The notes: generated by a model from the letters alone, not told the origin. DNA of 26,687 nucleotides from a virus (IMGVR_UViG_3300043409_002111:1-26687); one strand, 5' to 3'. Positions 8,416-17,375 are shown, numbered from the stretch's first letter. Translations and numbers: made by a program.

Positions 8416-8877
8416 TTACATGTGCAGAACGTCTTTAGGGTCATTAATCAGCCCCAAGACTTCGTCATCGTTTAACAGCCGAATTTCACCACCATCGATC
8501 TGGATACGCGAACCCGCGTACCTTCCAAAGATGATCCAATCACCAACCGCGCACCAAGGACCGTTAGGGAACTTGGAGTCATCCGAGTAGGCTAGATCCC
8601 CCATACGCAGCACATACCCACAGTTAGTGGCTAGTTGTGTACGCTTTTGGGTTTCTTCAGCCAGTAGGATGCCGCCCTTAGAGGTTTTAGTGCCTTTATA
8701 GGGAAGGATGGCAATGCGCCAGCCAGTAGGGTATGGAATCATGTCAAGAACAGAACTGGCGACATTTGCTATGTCTACATTTCCGTCTTCATCATAGGCA
8801 TCATCAAGCGTGGGGGGTTTTAGTGCGATCTTTTCCCGGCGCTGCTGTTCGAGTGCGGTCAACTTAGGTTCTTCCAT
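8416..8877 (-). CDS. groES: GroES-like co-chaperonin
   Basis: PTGWRIAI, mobile loop KTSKGGILL, VGDWIIFGRYAG, RLLNDDEVLG. Confidence 0.9.
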   Translation of the reverse strand: MEEPKLTALEQQRREKIALKPPTLDDAYDEDGNVDIANVASSVLDMIPYPTGWRIAILPYKGTKTSKGGILLAEETQKRTQLATNCGYVLRMGDLAYSDDSKFPNGPWCAVGDWIIFGRYAGSRIQIDGGEIRLLNDDEVLGLINDPKDVLHM

Positions 8878-8894
8878 TACACTTCCTCTGGTGG

Positions 8895-9086
8895 TTAAAA
8901 ATCGTCCGTAGTTTTCTTACTCAGCTCTTGCTTTATAAGGGCTTCTACCAATTTTATGCCTTCCAGACGACCCATCATGAAGCGATAACGCTCCATGTCA
9001 GCAATAGCGCCATTGAGCACAATCGCTTCCGAGTCCTGTTGTAATTTCCTAAGCTCTCGCAGTACTTTTTCTGCAAATTCAAGCAT
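8895..9086 (-). CDS. Conserved small helical protein upstream of groES
   Basis: MLEFAEKVLRELRKL...DMERYRFMMGRLEGI; start reassigned (ATG at 9086, or 9098). Confidence 0.65.
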   Translation of the reverse strand: MLEFAEKVLRELRKLQQDSEAIVLNGAIADMERYRFMMGRLEGIKLVEALIKQELSKKTTDDF

Positions 9087-9141
9087 GGTAATTCCCATGA
9101 ATAGCAGACAGTTACGCCACTGTCTGGAGGCCAAAACAATA

Positions 9142-9414
9142 CTAGTATATCTCTACTGGGGTATTTCCGTCACGCTTTTTAATAGTACGCGCCGGACCCT
9201 GACGACCTTTTGGGGTGCTGGTTACTTTTCCACCCTGATTCATCCTGTTCGATTTGCCTGAAGTAGAGAGCGCAATCGCAATAGCCTGCTTCTGCGCCTT
9301 GGCTTTGCTCTTCGGCTTACTGGTGCCTATCTTGCCCTTGTCTTTGTAGGCACCCATGATCTCACTGATGTTTTTACCGATAGTCTTGGCACTAGAACCC
9401 TTCTTAAGCGGCAT
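9142..9414 (-). CDS. Small basic protein with KQAIAIAL and GG motif
   Basis: MPLKKGSS.KTI..NISE...KQAIAIALS...MNQGGKV; GGAGG RBS at the end of the portal gene. Confidence 0.7.
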   Translation of the reverse strand: MPLKKGSSAKTIGKNISEIMGAYKDKGKIGTSKPKSKAKAQKQAIAIALSTSGKSNRMNQGGKVTSTPKGRQGPARTIKKRDGNTPVEIY

Positions 9415-9415
9415 T

Positions 9416-11773
9416 CTACCCTCCGTTACGCGGTTGATTTATGCGTTTTAAGGCTACGCCGGTACGCATCTGGGCAATATTCTGCTGGGATTGAATCCTT
9501 TCCTTGTTGGCTTGGGCACTTTGCATAACTTTGGACTCGTCAATCTTCAATCCCTGCTGTTTTAGCTGGATGTTAGCTTGATCGTTCGCTGCCCGCTGCT
9601 GTAATTCCTGCGCCTTGAGTGCAACAATAGGATCTTCACCACCACCGCCGGGATTTGCCAACTGATCCTGCATAGTGCGCATCTGCTGCATACCTTCTGC
9701 AATTTTCAGCGCGACCATACCCTCATGCTGGATATCCGACACCATACGGTCAGGATCTGCGCCATACTGCTGGAATAGTTCGGCTTCCGTGTCTTCTTCC
9801 GCCCTTAAGCGGATGTGCTGCATTATATGTTTGTACAACTCGATACCCGCCTGTGCATTTGCCTGCATTAAGGGCGATAAACCCATTATCAGGTGCGACA
9901 TCATGTGCGAATCGTGCTGTTGGCCCGCAAAAGCCTTCAACTCCATACCCCCCAGCACATCGGCATTCTCCGAGGCAGGATCTTTGGGCATCTGGTTGCT
10001 TTGAATCCGCAAAATACCATCAATGTCACGCACATTCAGCGCCGCATACACACGGTAGTAGGCCTCGTACATGTTGTGCATCTGTGGCGCACTCTGCGCC
10101 AACTGCAACTGGGTCTGGGCTAACGTAATACGCTGTGCAGCAGAGAAAATGTTCGGGTCTGCTACCGGCAACACGGCAACCATGTTGTCAAAGTCGCACT
10201 TCTTGATCTTGCGACTGGCACCCGGTACGTCGTAGGGGTATTCGTCAGGCAAATACTCACCAAAACCCTTGGCAAGCATCTCAAACTCTTGTGTTTGTGC
10301 GTAATACAGGCGTTTATGGATAGCCGACATCACCATCGAGCCACGTTCAAGCAACGCAATGGTCGTTCCGACCGCCGCCTGCTGGTTTCCATCACCAACC
10401 TGCATGTCTGCAGTGCTGGCAAGGCGTTTTCCCGCCTCAACAGTAAAGCCTAGTAGCTGGAACAGCGTCTGGGAGGGTTCTTTGTACGGCAATGGCAGTA
10501 AAGAAGACGAAAGTTCAGCCCCACCGGCATCAATATCACGCCATTCGCCGGGTTGGATAGGGCTATCGTCGTCTGCAATCCTTGCGCCCTTGGCTTTAAA
10601 GCCAGCCGGGAGGTTTGATAAGGTGCCTGCGTCAAGTAATTGACGCAATGCGCTGGTTGCTGTCTTGGAAAGTCCACCAATGAGGTGAACAAAGCCCAAT
10701 CCATAGGCACCAAGGCCTTCAACCAACACGTAATGCACGAAATATTCGCGCCTACACTTCAGGGGATCGCCTTCTACCCAGTTTCTACGCACTCCCACGA
10801 CCCGCGAACTCATCTCGTCCAGCGTTACTACGTAAGGAAGTCGAATTCCAGTAGGCTCATCGTCCTCTCCCATGTCTTCAAAGCCGGGAATGTCCAACGC
10901 CACCTGAAATTCCAGTAGGAATATCTCTTCTGGTGCGCCTGTTTGCACTACACCCGTCGCTTTATCAATGGAATAACGGATCTGGCTCGCGTCGGCAGGG
11001 GTGTTCTCCGCCTCCAGATCAAGGTCTAAGTACTCACCGGCTACTGCACGTTTCTTAAACTCATTAGAGTCCATGGAAATACGGTGCGTGAGGCGCGGAC
11101 ACTCTGAAATGACGCTTGAGCCGTTGTACGGGATGTACATGTCGTTAGGCAGAACAAGCCTGCTGACCATTCGGCCTATCTGCTCGTCGTAGTAAACCTT
11201 CTTAAAGGTTGATCCGCCGTAGCCTGTGTAGAAAAGAAGCTGATCAAACTCCGGTGTGTACTCCTTCATCACCGTTGTGATCTGGTAATTCATGAAATCT
11301 TGTACGCGGCAGGCCTGCTGTATCTTGTCTACCGTCTCTTTGCCCACGGTCTGGGTACGCACAGGGCCACTGGCGGGCATTAATTCTTTGAATGCTTGGG
11401 CTTGGAACTGAACAATGGCCTCTGTCAGCATGGGGTGTACAGCACCTGCCGCGCCACGGAAGGGCTTGGTGCGCTCTTCAATCTTCAGGCCTAACAGCTC
11501 AAGGCCTTTGGAGTACATCTGCTCCCAGTCCGAACGGCTAGACTTGTCAGCCTCGAACAACGCCATCAGGTCAATGGATATCGAACCTAAGTCGCTCTGA
11601 TCAATAACCTCGGCAAGGTTGCCGTAGAAGCCAACCTCATCGTCATCTTCCTCACCCAACTCAATGATGGCACTGCCGTCATCCTCAAGGATGATCTCGA
11701 TGTCGGCTGAATCCTCCATCATGTCCATCATATCTGATGACGGCATGAGGTTAGATACTTTATCTATGGGCAT
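9416..11773 (-). CDS. Portal protein
   Basis: 785 aa; SRSDWE, PFRGA.G.VHP.L.EA.VQFQA, GSTFKKVYYD, LRQLLDAGTLSNLP, PYKEPS; Gln-rich C-terminal barrel region; downstream of terL. Confidence 0.9.
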   Translation of the reverse strand: MPIDKVSNLMPSSDMMDMMEDSADIEIILEDDGSAIIELGEEDDDEVGFYGNLAEVIDQSDLGSISIDLMALFEADKSSRSDWEQMYSKGLELLGLKIEERTKPFRGAAGAVHPMLTEAIVQFQAQAFKELMPASGPVRTQTVGKETVDKIQQACRVQDFMNYQITTVMKEYTPEFDQLLFYTGYGGSTFKKVYYDEQIGRMVSRLVLPNDMYIPYNGSSVISECPRLTHRISMDSNEFKKRAVAGEYLDLDLEAENTPADASQIRYSIDKATGVVQTGAPEEIFLLEFQVALDIPGFEDMGEDDEPTGIRLPYVVTLDEMSSRVVGVRRNWVEGDPLKCRREYFVHYVLVEGLGAYGLGFVHLIGGLSKTATSALRQLLDAGTLSNLPAGFKAKGARIADDDSPIQPGEWRDIDAGGAELSSSLLPLPYKEPSQTLFQLLGFTVEAGKRLASTADMQVGDGNQQAAVGTTIALLERGSMVMSAIHKRLYYAQTQEFEMLAKGFGEYLPDEYPYDVPGASRKIKKCDFDNMVAVLPVADPNIFSAAQRITLAQTQLQLAQSAPQMHNMYEAYYRVYAALNVRDIDGILRIQSNQMPKDPASENADVLGGMELKAFAGQQHDSHMMSHLIMGLSPLMQANAQAGIELYKHIMQHIRLRAEEDTEAELFQQYGADPDRMVSDIQHEGMVALKIAEGMQQMRTMQDQLANPGGGGEDPIVALKAQELQQRAANDQANIQLKQQGLKIDESKVMQSAQANKERIQSQQNIAQMRTGVALKRINQPRNGG

Positions 11774-11837
11774 TTCTGTGTCCCCTATATGTACTTGCGG
11801 TCATTGTACACACGTTCTACGCTTCTGCCATTAGTTG

Positions 11838-14800
11838 TTAATTCCCAAGAAATCCCCTGTATGCCGGATCGACATCAACCATCGGGAGTTCTGACGCAGA
11901 CCTCTGCAACATTTTTGATGCTTGATTTAATCTCTGTGCAGCAGACCTGCGATCACTGTTAGTTAACGCTTTTGTCATAAGTTGTTTGGCCATATCAATA
12001 GCCCGATACGCATCCGATCTACGCTGCATTTTATCTATGCGTCTTGATGCCATAATCAAATCCCTCCCTTCTTGCGTTCTTACCAAATCACTTGGTGGCG
12101 TGTTTATGCGATCATACGGTGATGTATATTGTTTCACCGCTGTTGATCTTTCTGGCAAAGCGTATCCGGCTCCAGTGAGCAGATCGCGATACTCAGGCAC
12201 TTGCATCAAGTCGCCAAACGCTGGCGTTCCACCAATAGCTTCATCAGTTAAATACCCACCCCGCAGCGTTGCTTCTGCGGTTTGCACAGGAAGCCCCCTG
12301 TATATCTCTGGCACTACAATCCCGGCGTTCTCCATTGACTTTATTACATAATTCGGTTGTCCTGCAAGATCAGAAAGAGTCTTGCCAAACGACCAGCCGG
12401 TCTCCTGTAGTTCTGCTGGGTTCCATCCGAGAAGTTCTGCGGCTTGACGTTGCTTTGCATTTTGCGCCAGATACCCCGGCCCTTTTATGCCGACATTCCC
12501 AAAATTATCTGCAAATGATGCGCGGTTTTGACCGCCAAAGAGCGACTGACTAATGCTGGATAATTTAGCCATCCACGCATCGTTTGTTACTTCATCAAAA
12601 TCTCCGGCAAGATTGCGGAAGAAAGATTGCACTTTGGGGCCGCTCAATCCTGTAGTTCCCAACATTTGTTTTGCGTCTGGGACTGTTAATGCACGGAACG
12701 AATTGTTTTTCCATGCCCCAAGAACTGACTCAACACCTTTGTTTCCTTCAACGCTATCACCCATCACCTTTAATATTTTATCGGGGTCTTGCGGTCTTCC
12801 GGCTGCTAACCAATTTTTCCATGTTGCCAAAGCATTTTTTAAATTGCTTTCTACGCTTGTTTGTGGCGACAGCGCGGCTAGTAAAGCTGTAAACCTTTCT
12901 GGGTCATCAGGGTATTCTGAGTTTTCAAATATGTTTTTAATTGCGTCATAGCTATCTTTATACCAACCCTTTTTAGCACCACCAGCTTTCGCAACTGTAG
13001 CCATCTCTCTTACTGGCGGAAGTTCTTTGTAGATATTTAGCGTGTTATCGGACTGCTTTCTCCATTGCGGGTTATCAAACAGAGCCTTTTCTTCATCCGT
13101 CAGATACTCAGCCAGCTTTTTCAACTGAGGAAACTCTTTTATTGCGCTGCCGAACGATCCAAGCACAACCTCGCCCGGCCCCGCTGCCGCCGCTGTTGCT
13201 ATACCTACCGGCGCATTCATACCGATCATGTTCATTGCCGCAGCCACGGCTTCATCTTTACTTACAGGTACACCGCGCATAGTCGCACCGGAAGCACTTC
13301 CGTATTTTATTGCGTCATAAAGTAGACCCGGAAACGCAGGCTGTAGGTCACCCGTCTCTTTGCTACCCGCCCACGGGAAGGCAGTGGCACGATCAAGACC
13401 CGGCTCCATGCCTAGTTGCTCATAGGTATACCTTTCTAGTGGTGTTGCTGCGTCAAGCCGATCTAACAAGTCTTGTTTATCTAATTGTGTTTGAGTTCTG
13501 TATTTGTCCCACGCTGCTTGCTGATTAGGGTCGGTTGGTATCGCTCTACTTAAAAGCTCCAACATGCTTGCGCTTTCAGTCTGTGTCTTGTCAGGCGTAG
13601 GGCTAGGGGTCTTGGCGTTAGGCGCAAGGCCGATCTTGTCCATCTGTGCAATGAGGGCTGCGGTAGACGGTGCAACGTCACCGCCTGTTTGGTATTTCTG
13701 GATGAGGCCGCCTTTGGCCTTGGTCATAACTGGGTTGGTCGGATCAAAGGTGCCTTCGTTGCCGATGGCTGACTTTACTTGTGTTGGGTCAATGACTGCA
13801 ATCTCGAGTATTTTGTCGCCATCCATTATGAACATTGCATCGGGTGTTGCGTTTTTGCCTATGGATTTTTTTCCGGTGACGCTATCAATATAAACTGGAT
13901 TTTCTGCCTTAATGTAAACCGGATACATGACCCCATTATTTTCCCCAATGTAATTCTCTGCATATTTAGCATCAGGACTAAAGAAGGATCCTGAGCGAAA
14001 ATTCATATAGCCAAATTTTTCGTTCTTTGCCTTAGCATCTAAGAATGCTTTGAGTGTTCTAGCCCCCTCGTCTCTACCACCATCGGGCAAAAATTGTTCA
14101 ATGTTAGTGGATCCAGTTGCGTGAAACACCATCAGCGGCTTGCCCTTAGCATCCACTACTTTGCTCTCACCAAAAAAATTCTTAAACTCCGGCGTGTCGA
14201 TTGGAGCCTTATCTAACGCAGCAAGGGCATCTGCGGCCTTTGCCGCTTTGCCAACAGACCTTGCGGCCTTTACTGCTCCGCCTGCTATCGGAATCATGCT
14301 CGCAGCACTAAGCACCATCCCGAGCTTATCGCTGTCGCGCCTTGCTCGTTCAAAGTCCCGAGCGCCTTGTGCCGTGCCAACAAAGGGCAAGAACCCCATG
14401 CCAATATCCGCTGCGGTCTCTCCGAGGCTCATGTCTTGCGGCGTATCAAGGGACGTAAACCGTTCAAGCATGGTTTGGCTTTCAGTCTGTGTCTTGTCAG
14501 GCGTAGGGCTAGGGGTCTTGGCGTTAGGCGTAGCGGCGATACGGTCCATCTGTGCAACCAACTCCTCATAGCTCATTGGAGAGGAGGTAACAGATGTTGG
14601 TTCGGCGCTGGGTATTTCGTTAATTAGGTATGTTTGTGTTTGTATCCCTTTGGATGTGTCCTTAGAAACATCACCACCCTTAGCTTTCTTAGTAGGGTGT
14701 GGATCAAACATTACGGCTACGTTACCAAGATCGGGATGATTGTAGTAATAGCCGGTGTAACCCGCGTTGTAAATTCTACGCTCAGACTTATTAATTTTCC

Positions 14801-17375
14801 CTTGGGTCCAAAACTTTTCTGGATCAAGGCTTACCGGATACATTAACTCTGGGTCAACGAGGATAATATTTTTAGATCCGCCAAGTCCGCGTTCTTTTAT
14901 GTAGGGGTCAACTGATGTTTCTATCCCTGCAAACCACGGCTTAACAAAGTCTTTCTCAGAGGCACGATTCATTTCAGTGGTCGTACCGCCAGATAAACCC
15001 CTACCGTAGAAGGCTGGGTCTACCCGATCAAGCATTTGATTTGAGTAGTGCGTTAGGGCAAGCTTTCCATTGGGAGTAATTGCTCCCTCAAGCCCCGTTC
15101 GGCCCTCAAGCAAAGCTCTTTGAAATCTTTCTCGTCTAGCCCCTGCTGATGCTCTTCCCTCTTCCACTGCCCAATTGGGAAGTAGTCCGCTCTTCTGGTC
15201 AGCGTAGGTAGTGTCATCAGCATTTGCGAATCTATTTTTTTCACCATAAGGACCGTAGTTTACCCATGAGTTTTGGCCACGGGTCTCGGATGCTAATGCA
15301 CGACGAGCCTGTGGAGAATACATCCCTGCATGACTTTGATAGGCAGCCTCTTCCCCAGCCCCACGGAAACCAACACCCGGCTTCGCGTGTCCCATGTAGT
15401 CATGTACGGCGCGGAATATATCATTAGCAAGTGCAGGTTGCCCACTAATTTTATAAGGGGTTTTTGCTAATAGTGGATTGGATTTGGGATCAAACTTCAC
15501 ATCTGACCCAAAACCAGACACCGTTGGGAACACACCTAGTTTATTTGTATCGGATAATTCTTTAAGCGCAAGATAGGGGCTATCTTTATAGGGGTTAGCG
15601 CCTGTAATAAAATATGGCTCTACTCCAGCCCGCAACATTTCTTCGTACTGCGCCATCGTCTCTTGGTTAAGAGCGTCATACGCCTTTAGAACCTCACGGC
15701 TTCTGGGTTCATTTTTCATTAACTCATATTCATTGGCAATTCGTGAAGCCCGCTCAACATCCAATTCTGGATACTGGGTCAACGGCTCATTTGGAATACC
15801 ACTTGTTTGTGCGTACCGTTGGGCGACCTCTTCTGCCTGTTCATTACCACCTATACGAACCCGACCAACCCCCGGTATGTTAGCCTCTCCCGGTGCGCCG
15901 GGGAGTGGTTCACCCCCTATGGTTGCTGCGTATTTGTTTTTTGACTTTACGCCTTTGCCAACCCTCTTAATCGCCGAAACACTTGGCACAAACGGCAGTA
16001 CACCTAACGCAGACAATGCGTAGTTGCCCATCGTTCTTTCTTCAGGGCGCATCTGGTACATTCGAGCGTCAGCCGCCAAGCCCGCTATATCGCCCAAGAC
16101 AGGCACAGGGGCCGTTGCTAAAGACGCAACATCCAACAGCTCGCCCGTTAAGTCCCGACCGGAGTAGTCTTGCGCAACAGCAGGTGCTTGACCAATCCTC
16201 GCCCTGCGAGCGTCTTGTGCTTCTTTTGGTAGGTTCCTTTTTGCAGGAGCCTCACTGTTAAGGTTGTCTAACATGTTGTTAAGATTGTCTAGCAAGGTAC
16301 GGGCAGAACTATCTGCCGTACCTCCAGTCTTTTTTACAGCGCCACCCTCCGCCTTCTCTTGGACGGGGTTGCCATACTCATCAAACCCGGGGCCGGGGCC
16401 GGTGAGCGCGGATGGCGTAAAGAACCGCAGCTCCCCGTTCTGAGATGCAGGAGCCGTCCCGGTAAACCGACTACCCGTGGCAGGCATTGCCGCCAACTGC
16501 GCCGCTGCCCTCTGTGGCGCATCCCGTACAAACTGCTGTGAGGCAGAGTACTGCGGGTTTGCTGTGGTAGCTAAGGGTATATTCAACAAGCTACGTGGCC
16601 GACTCGTCACAGACGGTGGTGTGAAGCTCATCCCCGAGCCGGTTGCCGACAACAGCTTCGCCGCTGGGGTGTACATGTACCCGTAGGTGTCATCGTATGT
16701 GCGTGGTGGGCTGTTGCGGAAGTCAACGTCCAAGGCAGGCTCACCCGGTTTATAGATGGGTGGTGGCTCTGGTAGTGGCTTGTAGACAGGTGGGGCCACG
16801 GGCGGAGGCGGTGTGCCGGGTTTGCCGATCGTCATATCAGGCGCTGGAACGAGAGTGTTTACAGCGCGTGTGCTGTACAAAACGCTAGGGTCTACGCCCG
16901 CACGTTGCAGGTCCGCGATGCTCGTTTGATTCTGCACAAACAACTCACGCAGCTTATCCGGATTACCCGAGTACTGCGCCACAGTGGCCTTGATCCGCGA
17001 ATCGAGGCCCGCCTGATCAAGGTTAGGGTTGTTCGCAACTCCCTGCTGAAGGCCCGACGTAAAGTCTGTTTGAACAGAACCCGGAGCCTTCTCCCCTGCG
17101 TTGGGGTCAACCGTAAAGTACTCCTTAACCGCCGTTGCGCCTAACGCCGCATTAACGTCAGCCATGCTTATGCCGTACTGCGACATCGTATTCAACGCTT
17201 CTAGCTGGTTTGTGTTCTTGGCAGCATAGTCACGGATGTTGGCGTAATACTGATCCTGCGTCAGGCCACTCCCCAGAGCAGACGTAAGTCCAGCGGACTG
17301 GGACTGGGCAACATCACCCCCCTCGGCGTAACGCTTAATCTGCCCTAACATGTCTCTAGCGGATGGTGTTGCCAT
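11838..17375 (-). CDS. 1845-aa modular polyvalent/effector protein (metallopeptidase-like + ART-PolyVal-like + glycosylase-like domains)
   Basis: Uninterrupted ORF between terL and portal. NDIFRAVHDYMGH..GEE; FKNFFGESKVVDAKGKPLMVFHAT...EIAVIDPTQVKSAIGNEGTFD; GWY...LSPQ...GPKVQSF...VTNDAWM...ELQETGW; five GG motifs. Confidence 0.8.
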   Translation of the reverse strand: MATPSARDMLGQIKRYAEGGDVAQSQSAGLTSALGSGLTQDQYYANIRDYAAKNTNQLEALNTMSQYGISMADVNAALGATAVKEYFTVDPNAGEKAPGSVQTDFTSGLQQGVANNPNLDQAGLDSRIKATVAQYSGNPDKLRELFVQNQTSIADLQRAGVDPSVLYSTRAVNTLVPAPDMTIGKPGTPPPPVAPPVYKPLPEPPPIYKPGEPALDVDFRNSPPRTYDDTYGYMYTPAAKLLSATGSGMSFTPPSVTSRPRSLLNIPLATTANPQYSASQQFVRDAPQRAAAQLAAMPATGSRFTGTAPASQNGELRFFTPSALTGPGPGFDEYGNPVQEKAEGGAVKKTGGTADSSARTLLDNLNNMLDNLNSEAPAKRNLPKEAQDARRARIGQAPAVAQDYSGRDLTGELLDVASLATAPVPVLGDIAGLAADARMYQMRPEERTMGNYALSALGVLPFVPSVSAIKRVGKGVKSKNKYAATIGGEPLPGAPGEANIPGVGRVRIGGNEQAEEVAQRYAQTSGIPNEPLTQYPELDVERASRIANEYELMKNEPRSREVLKAYDALNQETMAQYEEMLRAGVEPYFITGANPYKDSPYLALKELSDTNKLGVFPTVSGFGSDVKFDPKSNPLLAKTPYKISGQPALANDIFRAVHDYMGHAKPGVGFRGAGEEAAYQSHAGMYSPQARRALASETRGQNSWVNYGPYGEKNRFANADDTTYADQKSGLLPNWAVEEGRASAGARRERFQRALLEGRTGLEGAITPNGKLALTHYSNQMLDRVDPAFYGRGLSGGTTTEMNRASEKDFVKPWFAGIETSVDPYIKERGLGGSKNIILVDPELMYPVSLDPEKFWTQGKINKSERRIYNAGYTGYYYNHPDLGNVAVMFDPHPTKKAKGGDVSKDTSKGIQTQTYLINEIPSAEPTSVTSSPMSYEELVAQMDRIAATPNAKTPSPTPDKTQTESQTMLERFTSLDTPQDMSLGETAADIGMGFLPFVGTAQGARDFERARRDSDKLGMVLSAASMIPIAGGAVKAARSVGKAAKAADALAALDKAPIDTPEFKNFFGESKVVDAKGKPLMVFHATGSTNIEQFLPDGGRDEGARTLKAFLDAKAKNEKFGYMNFRSGSFFSPDAKYAENYIGENNGVMYPVYIKAENPVYIDSVTGKKSIGKNATPDAMFIMDGDKILEIAVIDPTQVKSAIGNEGTFDPTNPVMTKAKGGLIQKYQTGGDVAPSTAALIAQMDKIGLAPNAKTPSPTPDKTQTESASMLELLSRAIPTDPNQQAAWDKYRTQTQLDKQDLLDRLDAATPLERYTYEQLGMEPGLDRATAFPWAGSKETGDLQPAFPGLLYDAIKYGSASGATMRGVPVSKDEAVAAAMNMIGMNAPVGIATAAAAGPGEVVLGSFGSAIKEFPQLKKLAEYLTDEEKALFDNPQWRKQSDNTLNIYKELPPVREMATVAKAGGAKKGWYKDSYDAIKNIFENSEYPDDPERFTALLAALSPQTSVESNLKNALATWKNWLAAGRPQDPDKILKVMGDSVEGNKGVESVLGAWKNNSFRALTVPDAKQMLGTTGLSGPKVQSFFRNLAGDFDEVTNDAWMAKLSSISQSLFGGQNRASFADNFGNVGIKGPGYLAQNAKQRQAAELLGWNPAELQETGWSFGKTLSDLAGQPNYVIKSMENAGIVVPEIYRGLPVQTAEATLRGGYLTDEAIGGTPAFGDLMQVPEYRDLLTGAGYALPERSTAVKQYTSPYDRINTPPSDLVRTQEGRDLIMASRRIDKMQRRSDAYRAIDMAKQLMTKALTNSDRRSAAQRLNQASKMLQRSASELPMVDVDPAYRGFLGN
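13572..13624. repeat. 53-bp exact direct repeat, copy 1
   Basis: gctttcagtctgtgtcttgtcaggcgtagggctaggggtcttggcgttaggcg, identical to 14478..14530; encodes PNAKTPSPTPDKTQTES. Confidence 0.95.
14478..14530. repeat. 53-bp exact direct repeat, copy 2
   Basis: Identical to 13572..13624; spacing 906 bp (in frame). Confidence 0.95.

Noticed and set aside
13572-14530. Diversity-generating retroelement TR/VR pair
   Set aside because: The copies are identical with no adenine-specific mismatches, and no reverse transcriptase is present in the window.
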